From the NCBI GenBank assembly GCA_040954595.2, contig CM082586.2, positions 7,285,337-7,349,336 of the forward strand: DNA of 64,000 bases, read 5' to 3'. Below the pieces are notes generated by a model that did no database searches, was not told where the DNA came from, and was given only the letters and a program-made list of their open reading frames with translations. Below are positions 24,501 through 39,500 of the stretch, piece by piece (the first letter of the stretch is position 1; each line of letters opens with the position of its first letter). The stretch is from Balanoglossus misakiensis. Taxonomy: Eukaryota; Animalia; Hemichordata. Made by a program: the position numbers and the translations under genes.

Positions 24501-27500
24501 TTGCATACATATAATGGCTCCATGGCTCCATGTCCTGTGTGGGAAATTTCTCCAACTGCCTGTAGTTCTGCCTGAGCCTCAGTTAAGTCACAGATGGAGC
24601 CTCTCACTGTCTCAGAATGTGAGTGTGAATCACTGCCTATTTCCAGCACGAATTCCCCGGGTACATGCATAATGTTTTATGCGACCAAGATGGAGAGTGA
24701 GAGCACAGAAACAATGATCAATTAAAAAAATTAAATTAAATTTTATCTTCTTCCCTGAATAAAGTATGTTGGTGGTTGGCCTACGCTGTGAAATTGAACC
24801 TGATGCATAGATGGATTTATGGATTTTGTACATGGTCTCTCCGATCTGTGTGTGGGGGGATGGTGGTGCACTGTGCACACTAGTTTTTATTCCCAGCATG
24901 CATCTGTTGGCATTGGGTGAAGTTACAGAAGCCCTAAGTAGCAGATATGTTTGAATTTTAATGGCCCTTTATTTATAAACATGACTCGTGGGGATGGACT
25001 CGTGACGGTGCAGTTGAACGTGACTTCCATTTGTGTGGAAATATCTATATTTATCTGTCTACCGTTGTCTACCAATTATTATTAAAATAAACGGTATCTT
25101 TTAAATTTCCTTTGACTTTTGGTATTTCAGAAAATAACTATTCTGTATACTGCTGGTTTCCTTTGTCATGGCTACTATTTTAACATATGAAGAGGATGTA
25201 CATGTATGTTGGTCTATAAAAATCAGGATTATTCGCAAATATACTGGTTCAACATGCATCTATTTAGTCACTCCCTAAAAACAACCATGAAACTTCATCC
25301 AACAAAGATTGACACCATTAATTGACACTCAGAGGAGTTGGGATTGTCTTGTTTCTTTGTTGTAATTTGTATTTGTGGGGTTTTTTTGCATTATAAAAAA
25401 AAAAGATTGACACCTACAACTCTTCCCATCATGCCATCTTGGTCTGACCTCTGACCTGACCTTCCTGTGGAGCGAAGGCAGATCCAATCACAGGACAAAA
25501 AGCAATGGGGCTGTGCATTTGTCATTCTGTGAAGTGTAAATTCTATTCACAAAGCATGACTTCTGAGTATGTCGCGCGAAATTACATTTCAACTTTGAAA
25601 TTGAAGGGGACGAACAATGGAACAGGCGTGCAATGAGTGAGTGCGATCTTCTGTGGGTTGCAAGAGAGGAAAAAGTGAATTGTCGTGCAAAAGCCATGCC
25701 ACTTTGAATGCAATCTTACAACCAGCCTACAGAGGATCCTGTTCTGTTATTGATTACGAGCGGATGCCAGATACGCAAGGTATCACAGCTGGAGTGTGTT
25801 CTTTATCTGAACGCGAGAGGCCGAGATGGCGATTTGAAGTTTGCAGAGCCAAAAATGTTCAGCGGAAACGCATCCTTTAATAACCCTTTCACCACCATGG
25901 TTCAGTCCAAACCCACTGTTTCCTATGGTAAGGTTGGACCTCTATAGAGGGAACTGGGGGTGAAAGGGTTAACCTGAGCTTCTTCGATAGACTTTTGAGT
26001 TTTCAGTGTAATCTTTTCTAGTAACTTGGAACAATGGTACAATAGTAAAGGGTAGCAAATATACACTTTCCAATAATTTGTGGATGAATTGTAATGTTTA
26101 TAAACAAACAAACGCGGCGCGACGACCCCTTCACATTAAGGTACAGCTGCCTCAGCACAAGTTTACTCTCGTGAACTTGCATAGGACAGTAACTGAAGAG
26201 CACAGTTGCTGAAAGTTATCTGGAATCTTTTTAATTCGGTGCATTATCAGTCTGTGTCTAAAATGTCTCTCGGCAGACACGGCGGAACCTAATCAGCTGT
26301 GGCAGCAGCTGCACCATTTGCTGAGTTTCAATTCCGAGCACACAGCTCTCCCACGGAAACCGCTTCAAGATGTTCTCCATCTACATCATCCCTCATCCTT
26401 TCACGATCGCAAACACAACAGTGCAAAGTTGAGCGTTGAATGATGCTGTACCACATTACAGACTACGGCCGACAGACGTGATGTCAAAGTCAACTGCAAT
26501 CACACACCTGCCCAATTTTTTCCATTTTTCACAATTTCATCTTGGCTATATTTCACAAAAAAACGCCCTACCTTTACTCTGCCCACAATTTCAAAACAGC
26601 TTTCGCAATAACAAAGTTAGCAACATTGTTGCTAAGAGTCAAGGGTGTCTAAAATTGTATGTTTTCAATTTCACCCTTGTGTGTTGGTTATTTGAAAAAC
26701 ACCATATGTTCTGACCGTTTGCAATGTTCATAAATTTCATATTGCGTGTGAAATATGTTTTTTTTATATTGTACACACACACATGAAATTTTTTTTTAAT
26801 ACAGTGAATATGTACCTATAATGTTAAGAAGAAAATGTGCAATGAACCAGTTACAAGAAAAATTTAACTTACAGGTAACAACATCACTAAAGAGAATTAA
26901 CATAGAATTCTAGACAGATGATGTTAATATGAGAGATGACTCTACAAAAAAAAAATCAGTACCTTGAGGTCTCTTTGAAGGAGATGGAGCAACGGGGGTT
27001 TGTCCATCAGCGTTAGGTAGAGACTGATCAGAATTAACACTCTCTACACTAGTACCAGCCGTAGAACCTGTAGACAGGTAAGGAGAAGATAGACACACAA
27101 TCAGTTACACGTTTACAAAAGTATGTGAAGTTTCAGGTGAAATTACATGAAGTGACAAGTTGGACGACACTGAAACTGAAAGAGACAGGACAAAAGATAC
27201 TGACATAACAACTGGGCAAGTTCTGCTTTTCGTGATCATGATCAGATCACAAAAGCTGAAAATTGCGGATGTGAAAATACCATGACATATGGCAGAAAAT
27301 AACACATTTACATTGAAATCAGGATTTTTATCAAGTTGGGATTATATTGTGACTGTTAAGATCGTTTAAAAGAACACTTTGCATAATAATCTCCCTCTCT
27401 CTGACCCCCCTCACCCCTTTATCCCCCACCCCCTGGCCCCAAAGTGACTCATAGTTATTACAGTATATCTCCGAAGAGTAGCATTAAAGTTCTCCAAGAC

Positions 27501-30500
27501 AAATCCTGACGTCCATTAGGAGATTATGTATTCAATGTTTATCAGCCATGCCGCGCGATAGTGATTTTATAGACATCAACTTTCTGGTAATTTCACATGG
27601 GTTAGGGCTTTTTTGCTAAGACTTGGAAAATGTCACAGATCCAATATCAAAAGAAGGAAAAATCATCAGATCGAACCATGAACATTTCAAAATTACTCGG
27701 TCTACAACAATTGCACTGCCCTCGGGCACAGAAAAATTACTCTGTCAAGATACTAAAGAAGACGATTTTCCGGCAGAATGCTTCAGTTCATTTCTGTGGA
27801 GCTGCCATGGCAACCATTTATGGGTGCAGCGATTCTGCGTTCTAAATTTGTACTGAATGTTTTGTGCTGAAAGACTTCTACATGTACTTCTTTACTTTTT
27901 TCTATTACACGCAGGCATTTTGTCACGGTTGTTTCACTTGGACAATCGACAGCCCTGGGATATTTCAAGTTTTTTTTATAGAAAACACTGAATAATCAAT
28001 TTTCTGCGTCACTGCAGGTAGGACTGAAGATGCACACAAGATCTAGGCATCATTCACAATGGCAAAAGATCAACAATAAGAATTATATCATGCTGGGAAA
28101 AACGCCCAAAATTAGCTTTGTCAACAGAAATACATTTCAAATTCATTCTTTATTTCAACTGGCAACTTTTTTTGGTTTGAATGCGAATATCTAGGATTAA
28201 CATACAGAAAAAATTTCATAATATAATTTTTTTTTTGGGGGGGGGAGGGGCGAGTCGAATTCAAACTGGTCAAGGTATCTTTGAATTGTGGCTTTGAGGA
28301 TCATAACAAAATGGCCACCTGGAAGCCATATTGGATCAGGTCACCATGGAAACAGATGTGGATATGCCCCCTGCCCCTCCCAAGTACAGTATCTTGTCCT
28401 TCAAATGAAATCCCTTCAAACATGTCTGAGTAATGACTGGAGAGCATCATAAGAGGAACAGACAGACAGAAGGCAATTTAGTCTACGAGAAATGTGAAAA
28501 CATACTTATAGTGAATAAATAGCTAAGCACAGGTGTGGTGTGTGTTGGAAACAATGCCATGAAGCATTGATTGATAAAAGGTAGTTGAAAACCTGTCTGT
28601 CACTGTGCAAATGTGTCTGAGATTAAGTTGCTGTTCACTCCTCCCCAATTATCCATCCACCTTATATTTCTAAATCAAGCAGGGGGATTAAATTTGTACT
28701 TTCCATTACCATGGGAACAATGAAATCACTCTATTACGGGTGATAAGTGTTTGTGAGTCCAACTGAGCCAGATGATTGAATGAAGGATGTAGGCTCTGAG
28801 TGGCTAGGGCAATGCAGTCGACTCTGAGAGCGACACAGCCAGAGATTTCCCCATTGGTTGCAGTTAGGACCAGAGTCAAGGGGAAGCTGCTATCAGAAAA
28901 CAAGGCTAATCATTGACTTTCATCTTGTGCGCTGCATTCTTGAGGCGTGCCAACAGGAACAGGCGAAAGATTAGGACAAAACAGAAGTAGGTCGCTGGTT
29001 TGTCCGCACTGTCTGTTAGGACCCTTGCAGTATGGGCTGACGGCAACACTTAACACTTTGCCTTTTTAATATTCAAGCGAGAATGGAATATTTATGTATT
29101 TTAGAGATCGACCAAACATCTCTCGTTGATTTAGTACAATATAAGACATAAAACTGATAGCCAAGTTACTGGTAGCAACAATCCAGATGAGTTCTTTCAT
29201 AAAATATTTCAATAAAATCAACCACTGATCTGTGAAAATCAATGTAACATAAAAACAGTCAGAAGATCAATTACAATGTCCAAATCACACATAAAGTGGA
29301 TAATATCTGTTTGTTTGACATTTTCATATAGCCAAAAATAGCAGACTATCAATTATGCCAACCAACTGTTACAATTGTAGGTGATAAAAAAGACAAACAA
29401 ATGATATATACAATGCTGAATAATGCAAAGACAATGTAAATGTATGGTTTCATAAACAGATAATCATAAAATGTGGACAAAGTAGCCAAACATACCAAAT
29501 TAATGATATTTTTGTGACTCACAATAAATTCAATCCATTAAAAGCTTAGGTGAGTGCGTGAAGGCCGATATAAATATTATTCCAAGCATACAAATCGGTT
29601 TTATTCGTGATGTAGAATGTCAATGTACTTTGGGGGAACAATGAACAATATTAGGTCAAACTTTCCGACTAAGGATATTTACTTTCTAACTTCTAAAAGA
29701 TACAAGCTATTGACCACACAGTAACAAGTAATAGTAAAAATACTATGAACATGTACTCCCTCTTTTAGTACACTATACATTCTTCATACTTGCTTGCTCA
29801 TGACCCATCAATGGAGAGGTAACAATTCTTTCATGCCAAGACTTTATCAACAAATATTTTTTCAAATGCATCAGCTGCAATAAAGATAATTTTTTTTTAT
29901 ACGACTTCCCTTTAAGAAACAATGGTACATCACTTAAAAGGGACAAAGACACCCACAAAGTTCAAATGTGAACATTCGGTCATTAAGCATATTTCTGTGA
30001 GCTGTGCAACAGAAATAACTATTCGAAGGAACTAAAATAAGAAAATAAATTCACAAGTGAGCGACTTTGTCCCTGTAAAATGCAACCTCTTGACTAAAAG
30101 CAAACAAATTGTATATGTGGTCTGAAATGATTTAATAAAAAATATTTATTTCACACCAATATATTACCTCTACATGTCACACGGTCAAGCAATAAATAAC
30201 AAGAGGAGACGTCATAAACTAAGACTCAGTTGAAAAGGCTTAACTCCATGCGTGCCAACATGCGACATTCCCATATATACTAGTTGGTGATGTTAGTGTT
30301 AATGTTTGCTAAGATACTGGTATGTGAGGAGCAGTAGGGACAGTAAAACAGCACTTGGTACTGAGTGTTTTTTTGTTGAGGGTAGATGTGGGTGGATGTT
30401 ACCAGGGTTACCTGGTCTTTTTTATACCTGTAGGTGTTCCCTGCTAGCATGCCCATACAGTCTAGTACTGGTAACTACAAACATTGTGTGTTTATACCCT

Positions 30501-33500
30501 ACTTCCCAATTCAGTTCACCAATGCGCTCGAACCTTAGCGAAAACACCAACAGATGATGATGAAGCTGTTACATACACTACAGGATACTTTCCTAGCAGT
30601 TTCGTTTCCATGGTGATGTTAATTTTACACCTCAGGTGAAGACTTTGTTAAAAATCCAATTCAAAAAGTTGGCGTCAAGAGATGCCAACGAAACTCTCAG
30701 GAAAGTACCCCTTGTGAGGCGGTTTCCAAGGTGACAATGTTAAATTACTGGGGAAACTTACTGTTGCTAGGGTTAGCTCGGTAAAGGGTAGGGTGCGTAA
30801 CAGACAGCAGTGCTATATGGATCAGGCAGTGGTTACATAAAAGCCAGCTTGGAAGGCAGGTAGGATGGTGATCACGCTCAACGTTAAAATGAGGCAACTG
30901 ACTGGCAGTGCTTTTGCTTGTGGGTGCTGGGTATATATGCCTTCTCTTTACACGGCTGCAAGACAAGAAGATGTTATTATTTACCGGCAATGCGAGCATT
31001 AATCTCATTTCCTGCGGAAATAATGCGTGTGTGCGACTGTGAGTACGACTTTCGATGTGAAATGCGCTTGCAAGATAAGGGGGTTCAAGGCCACCTATGT
31101 CAGTCATGGTTGTGTCCCCCGTGGACATCAATATTCACAGAACTGGATGGAATTTCCTTCAGAAGTGAACGCGCGCACCACAGATGATCGAGCCACCTAA
31201 TGGTGGCGGTGACAGGTCACCGCCATCGCTAGTGGCAACAGAGGCACGACGAAATCTAGGCCTGTCAGACAGTGCAGCCTTGCAGCTAGCAGACAGCGAA
31301 TTGTCCTTAGCAGACAGCAGGATTATCCTTGGAGACACCTGCGACCTAGCCTTCCGGCAGGTCTCAGTCACTGTGTCACAATCCAATTAGAGAGAGGTCA
31401 AGCCAACACGAAGATTATATTTATACTTCTGGCCATGAGGTATCCGATGAGACCACATTTTTGAAAACGTAAATAAAGAAAAATGAACCAGCTTGATAAA
31501 ACACTTTTTTGAACGATAAAATTTCGAAAACCACACTATCAGTAGTAGTGAATCTCATAACTTTACAAATCAATAAACATACACTGAGAATTGGCATCTC
31601 TTCCCATGTTGTACAGTTTATCCAACCAGTTATAATTAACTCAAAAATGTTTTATTTTGTTCTAAACTACAAGACTAATTTACAAAAATTTCTGTTTATA
31701 AGCACTCAGAGACAATTTGATAAAGTTTACCACTGCCGAACAGAAAAGATTTCAGGGAGATACAAAATCATAAATTTTCATTCACAATATTTAAGGGTTT
31801 TTCAGGGTATTTGTCATGAAAGCAGACAGCTAGCACCTGCTCATTTTGGATTAAAATGCAATGAATGTTGTGTTTTGTGAAAAATGAATGCAAGACAGCA
31901 AGCATATGTGACAAGACTTTATAGTACGTGAGAACCGATCAATTTCCAAATTCATATACCTATACACAATGCAACAGCTTTCATCTGTCCCACTGCTATC
32001 TATGTATATGTAGCAATCAATTTCACAGCTATAAAATTCATATACTGGAATTAATTATGTCAGCCTGACACTTGGCACCGTAATTCATTTGTGACACACA
32101 AAAAAGTTCCTGTTGACAATCAATATAGAACTGATGTAAATGCCAGAATACCAGGAAAACATGTATTTTACGTCTCTCCCAATGATTAATGGAAATAATT
32201 TTATAAAATTTAGGGCATGCCAATTAGGGGCACTATTATCGTAGTTTCCGTACACATGAGTAAGCTTTCATTGCTTTTAGAACATGATTTGAGATATTAA
32301 AATAGTATCTTTGGTAGTGAACAAATGAAAACAAAATGGCTGCCGTAGGCTAAAATCACACATATAATTGATGTATTAACAGTTTATTTCCAAAGGTCTA
32401 GGACAATTAAGCCATTATGAATTTGAACTTGGCCATTATGTGAGATACAAAAAGTACTCTGTGAATTATTCCACTGGTGATGGATGTATAAATGGTAGAT
32501 TATTGGAGACAGAATAACACAAATGTAATCAATTATGGATGGGAAAGTATCATCATATAAGAGTGAAGTCTGGAATTGTCACACAGCCTTTTAGATACAT
32601 GTACTTGTTGTGTCTGGACTGGCATAATTCTCCTGCCAGCGGGCCAAGCGGCAAACCGATGCTGGAATATCAGATATCCGGAGCCTTTCCATGTCGACTA
32701 ACTTGGAGTAGATGTCTGATAGAGACTGATGACATCACCCGGCTAATAGCAAGAATGCCACTGAGCAACGAGGAAGGGGCACTTTACACATAAGCACTTG
32801 ACAAGACTTGCGATCCAAAATACCAAGGCACACAGAGGAAGTACTAGAGAAATAAAACCTTGCATTTCTTTTATTTTGTGTCTCTGAGGTAAACATAGCC
32901 GAGGTTCTGACATACCAGAACCCCGAACGAGGTCGTCCTCAGGTCAAGTTACACCCCAGCTATCCAATGTTGACCTTCCATAAAACATACAGACCAATGA
33001 TAGCTGACCTTATATCTTAACACTGTACGAGATTTCAGCTTCCGTGTGTTTCGTGGTATACTGTGCAAAGTCTGTCATTCTCTAGGAAATGACCAGCACA
33101 AAGTAAGGAGGGGGGGGGGGGGTGTAGTAAAATTTCTAACTGAATAAAATGCTCGCAAATTTGTTTGAAACCTATACCAATATAGTTCCAGACAAGTTTT
33201 ATCGAAAATATTTATGCACAAAAATTTATGTCCATAATTTTAAAGCTTTAAAAGAGAAATTTTACATGACTCTAAACCCAATTGATTTCAGTGCTCCCCC
33301 CCCCTTGTATTATTGAATGGAATGACCCTTGCGAGGTAGCAACTTGAGAAGGCCAGGGGGTTTAGACACCTGACCCCCACTTTTATACAGCAATCCCAAC
33401 AAATCTAATTAAGAAGGCACAGTCAGTTATATTTACTTAAACAAGGTGCTTCCAAACAAATCCTTTAGGTTGAATAAACTTTAAATTAGAAAGAAGGGTT

Positions 33501-36500
33501 CAATTAAGGTCAACAGCAATCATTAACTCCATTTCATGTATTTAATAATATTAAGATTAAATATTATGAGGTCTCAAGCCAACAGACCATCTTGAAGCAG
33601 GGCGGGCATTACTATAGCAACAGTAGCCTGATTCGTTGGAGAGCTTCGACCAATTTTCTCTGTCATATGACGATCAAGTTTCATGGGAATACTAGCAAGC
33701 TTGGACTGATGGCCGATAATTACCATGATCAATGATTAAAAACGATCTGACTGAAGACCGTAATACTAGGATTACATAAACTGTTATCAGATTACAAGAC
33801 CCCTGACATACAACTGATTCCCACCAGCAGGCAACTACATTTCTCGTCTTCGTTTTCCCTCTTCAAAAAGTATACATATTAACTGCAGCTTAGTGTGAGG
33901 AAACATTCTTGGCAATGACAGATGTACTGACATATGTATGCAAATCCATAGGATGTGTATTGAGTACGAGTATTTGACAGCAGATAGGAATCGCTGCTAA
34001 AGTTGCCAGGTGGTCTGTCTTGCTTGTGGATCATGGTGAAAAGGGACACAGGTGCCTGGTTGATAAGATTATACCTTCCTTGTCAATCAAATTAACATCC
34101 TTTACTGAAAACTGTTCAATGCTGTTCCACTTATTCCTCCCACGTAGTCTGGAGTCAGTTTAACCTGCATTCCACAGACATGCTCTGCCAGTAGAATACA
34201 GAGGGATCTTTCTGATTCGCTAACACTAGGGTAACCATGGGTTAGCTCAGTGTTTGCTGGTTGCAATTGTTTTTATAACTTGTCCTATAGTTATGTTGGC
34301 TGTGCTATTGATTCTGTGTTTGTTAGTTTGCTAATGACATGACAGTGTGGAGAGTTAAATTTCCTATCCCAGACTGGCCTTGGGCTAGCCCAAAAGCTGA
34401 CCCAAGCTGTCGGGACACTGTTCAGTACAGGTATCCTTTCAGCATACATGTCACAATTCTTTCTATACAAACAGTGACACTCTCCCAGAATCCTGCCACA
34501 TGTTACCGGCTCTGCCAACCTGATTCACGTTTCAACCTGAAACGCCTGGCTAAATTCTTAAAGGCATACGGTCACCTATGCAAATTTAGCTAACTGTTAC
34601 CATAGCAAATTGAGATCTAGCCAATCACAGATTTTCAGTGGGTGGCACACGAGAAAAAAAAAAGCACCATCATATGTTCTTTAGAACACTGACTCAAGTA
34701 CACCATTTCAGCTATATAAGGGCGTATGTAAATTGGGGTGACCGTATACCTTTAAGGGGACGCATACTTATAGTTGTCGAACGATTCAAAAATTGACAAA
34801 ATTTGTTTGTGATATAAATTAATTCACATCTTACTTGGTTGCACTGTATTAATTGTTCTCACCCACGTCGAAGTACATAGTCAATATGTCACAAAAGTGT
34901 ATTCAGCTTGAGTTTAATTCATTTTTCAAACATGACTAGTAAATAATTCATAGCAAGCTAATAGTTGGTGGGCTGACACGTTTGTGTAATTAATGAATTT
35001 CATCCGATACAATGTGCCAAACACGCATCTGCAGTTTACCGTGTATGCCATAAATATCACATAAATGTAAGATGCATATTCATCATTGTAATGGCTAATT
35101 GAAAATGCACTGCTCCATCGTTGAAATAAGATACATATTTATTCAATTAAAAAGACTCCATATTTAGCTGGACCATATATTCACCGAGACCATTTGGCAA
35201 CAGAGACATATGTGGCTGGGAAGATAAATATTTTTTTATTTTAAAATATTTTTTGGAGTTGCAAAATGCGTGACTGAATACCCTTTGCTGCAGGCAATTT
35301 GACAGAACTATCCATGTGACAAGCAGTCAACCATTCTCTAAGCCACCTCACATATTTCATAATTTTCAGTCTTCAAAATGTCAACTGGCGTAAAAAAAAA
35401 GCTGGAACATTCTGACATCAACTGTTCTCAGAGGGACCCATCAGCTGTCATTTTTATCTCTCGGGTCTAAAAACACATTTTCAGATGAAATTCTATCGAA
35501 CGACTTGGGAATTACACATCAAATTTCTCTGTACATGTACTCTCTCTGTCTCTGCTGCTAGGTACATGTATATAGAACATTTATCATCAGCTGGCAAACT
35601 ATTAAAGATATATATCAATGACTGCAGGTGGACGTTATCCGATTTTTCACTGATCTTCTATTTCCCAATATTTTTTGTTCATACCGGTTATTTCTGTCAG
35701 TTGCTGCCATTTTCTGCATGCAAGCGTTGGCATTTGACGCATCAAACATGGGGAGACACGTTGATTGTTTTTACAATTCTGGAAATAGTCAGCTGCTATT
35801 ACCTGAAGCATGGCTGATTACCAGCATATTATTAAAATGTAAAACCGAAGGCCACTCTTTGACATTTCACGTTTTTTCCCTTCACATCAGTCAGAATAAA
35901 CTGAGCTCTGTGTTTGACCTAACATTTCGAATGGAAGAAAAACAGAATGATAACGTTAATAGTGCTGTACATGTATTTAGAATTTCAGCAAAATAAAATT
36001 GAAAGTGTATTTCTCCAGTTTGTGATAAACAAATAACTGGCCAACCTCATATTTTATACATTCATCAGAAAGGAATCGCTAAAAGAGATAATATGTTTGT
36101 GCCCCTCTTTCTGCTAATTACTAAATGCAAGCTTCAAATTATTAATTTTGAAAACAAAATTGTTTCCATTTTCACATTCAATATTTTCTCCTAATATATT
36201 CCAAGCTCTCCTGGCAAATTAAGGGAAACGGTTCAATTCATATGTTTGAGCTAACAATTAACTCCTTAAACAGTCAAAATGATAGAAAATCAATCAAACC
36301 CATCAGCTAAATTATAGAATAGGGTTTACAGTAATTGGGCAGATAGACTTCTGTGTTTGAGTTCAGGATCTGTAATTAACTACAGGAGCTTTTCGTCCAA
36401 GTGCCGTCTAATTAGTGTGAAAATTTTACCTCCAGATAGAGACAGTTATCCCTATTACTTCTTGAGCAATAAAGTAGCTCATCAGACAAGAATGATCATT

Positions 36501-39500
36501 ACATTCTCGCCATCGCCATGACAACAGGATGAGACAGCACAGGACACTGTAATTGCTGTCTGATCTGTGCTGAAGATGGCTATATAATTGCACACGTCCA
36601 GTTCTGCCAGGGGGCATGAAAATGGGTTTTCTGACGCTCAGACAACGAATAACGCAGTCTTGGAGTGAAATGAAGTTTGATGAATCAAAGGGACATTAGC
36701 TGTTTTCTTTTGGCTTTACTTTCAGTATTTCTGAAATTCTGTTCTGTTTATCAAATGTAATTTATTGTTCTACCCCAAACAGCATTCTATTATGTACCCA
36801 GTTTTCTACTTGACAACATAGATTGTTGAGGCAAGTTCTCTTTCGGAGATAACAATCCAGACAAACTAATATTGAAGTTGTCAAGATGCTATCAAGATAC
36901 TTTTCAGTAAATTTCTCGCCGTGTGGAGTGCACATCTTTGTCATCTCGGTTTGCTTTCAGTCACGATTTCGTTCTCCTTTTTTCATATTTGATACTAAAA
37001 AAAAAATAATGATAGACAGTTCGATGAGAGCATGATATCCCACTGCACCCTGTGAATGAAGCCCCGATTAATCTGCCACAGCTGGTGAATTTTCATTGTA
37101 GATAATGTAGACACGAGCAATTCAATGCAACCAGATGTTGTAAGGGCTGCACACCAGGGCCTAGCAGAAATATATAAAAGAACTTCCCTACCTACAGTAA
37201 CACACAACCATACGTCCCCCTGAAGTCCCATTTGTCCATTGCAGATGTAATGCATGTGTAAAAACTGCAACTTGTCTTAGAGCTCAATGAGCAGTAACTT
37301 TTCTCTATGTTTTCAGTATTTTTGTTTTGTGTATGCTACTGCAGTTTCTCGTTCAAATTCTTGAAACCTAATGAAATGCCCAGTATTTAGCTTGTCAATG
37401 CAACATAATGCATGTGTATAGACAGCTGTTATTGTGCAAAATATGAATTAAAGTCCGAAATCATCTGTCGACAATAACAATGGTCGTTACACACATGCAG
37501 ACTCTGACTGTGTTGACAAGCGGAGCACTGGATATTTTAGCCTGCTGTTTGGAGTAGAACAAAAAAATTGCATCGAGAACAAAAATACTGGAAATAAAGC
37601 CAAAAGATATTAATGTCTTTTTAACCAATGAACATTCATGTAAGATAACCATCCAATCATCACGCTTGTACCTTCACTGGTCGACCTCTGAACTCCCTAC
37701 GTGTCATATCTGATTTCTGTAGTTTGTACTGACTGAACAACAATTAAAACCCACTGAGTAAAACCAGTACATGTATGTTACTATGCACCCTGACCTCTTG
37801 GTGACCTGATGACGTCTACCATTCGGAAGTTTTCATCTCTGAGCCAGATACGAAGGGTTAAGGGAAGTTCATCTTAGAGCAAACACTCAAACTGCCCCAC
37901 TTACAGTATATATACTACCGGGGTTGGTATGCAAGTTATTTTTTAGTAAAGTACTTGATTCTCTTCATCCAGTTACAAACCATGGCCGATCAATTTCCTA
38001 CTGTCCAATTGTCATTTCCTTGCACTGGTGCAGCTATATATGATGAGGTGACAATTCCGAGACTTGGAAATAAATTAATTGGAATATCTCTGGGGTGGGC
38101 AATGGGAGTAATTATATTGCATAATGAACACCAAAATAGAAAGTTTGAAACAGCATTGTTTTTGCATGGTACACTGTATTTATTCTCCAGGCCTGCCTGT
38201 ACAGTGAATGTTTCTACCTTTATTACAATTAAAGCGCCATGGTTTACGACAACAGAACCAGACAACTGACGACTACAATTGGAAATGATGATCCAGTCTT
38301 CATGGAGAATGATTAGGAGAACTGGAGAGTTGGGAATCCGGGGTTTATCATGCACACAGCACAGGGAAAAATGGAGATATCTGCGACTGATTTCTGTGCT
38401 GGGTGGGGGATGGGTGACCCACTGTGACATTAAGGGGCTCCCGCGGACTGTCCTACAAACAGGAACAAAACAAAACATCTACCGACAATTGTTAAGTGAG
38501 AGTTCAATCAATAGATCACGTCAGTACACAAGACAATGCCACATGTCAGCTTCTGTATACTGATGTGGTACTGTAGTCTAGATACAGATAAAAATAACCC
38601 ATCTTTTTGTGGTTTTTCTCAATGCTCTCTACCTCTTCTGTTCTGATACACACAATCCGATTTGTCTTGGTTTGTACGATTGTAGTCATTACAAAAGCTT
38701 GTGCCATTGGTGTCTTAGTGCCTGTTGACAAGGCACGACATATCAATACTTCACAGAGGCCACTGTTCTGGACTGTCCCTGCAAAGCAGTGTTTATCAAT
38801 AATCTTTCCCTGCCAGTGTCTTGTCAACAGAGCATTCACATCTCTTGTCAATCAATAAATCTATTTGAAGGGCTCATAACAATGCATTTTTACACTTTTT
38901 TTCACAAACATTATAAGACATTTCTTATTTATAAAATTAAAAAGCAAAACTGCAACAATACATCCGCCAGTTCCGCAGAATTTAAAGTGTACAACATGAC
39001 TGCAGTCATGAGTATATCAAATTTCACCGACAATGTCTGTACTCTGTTGCAGCATTGGGATTAAAATGGATGATTCATAGGGTTGCAGCATAGCAGAGAA
39101 ATGAATTCTGTAATTGCCAGCCGGCGGAAGTCTTACATAACCAAATTATAGCCAAAAGAGTTGTGAATTAAGGCCCCTTTTAAACATCGAGAGGTCCTGG
39201 TTCTGTCTGTGACGTAGTGTGTGCTCACATCTGTGAAGTGTGAATACGTTTACAGTTCTATTTTGCTCTCAGATATATAATTATGCTGCTGCTTTTGCTT
39301 GTATGGGTTTCCCCCCCCCCCACCCCCAGTCCCTCCGTCCCGTGCCCACCAGACGAATTCAGAACACACTACCCTCCACTCCAGTCGGCCAACAAAACAC
39401 ACACATCCACACAAGGACAATTGCCCACTGTTATGCAAATCCATCATGTCTATAAATTTCCCTTTCAATATACATAGCGATGACAGCATACATGTAGACC

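Noticed and set aside
36430-36617. ATG ORF ending at a phase-2 donor (possible alternative TMCC first exon)
   Set aside because: Weak donor and no protein-like signal; could arise by chance.
37955-38563. Cluster of 94-162 aa ORFs in TMCC intron 1
   Set aside because: No recognisable domain, no coherent splice model, and composition typical of random ORFs.
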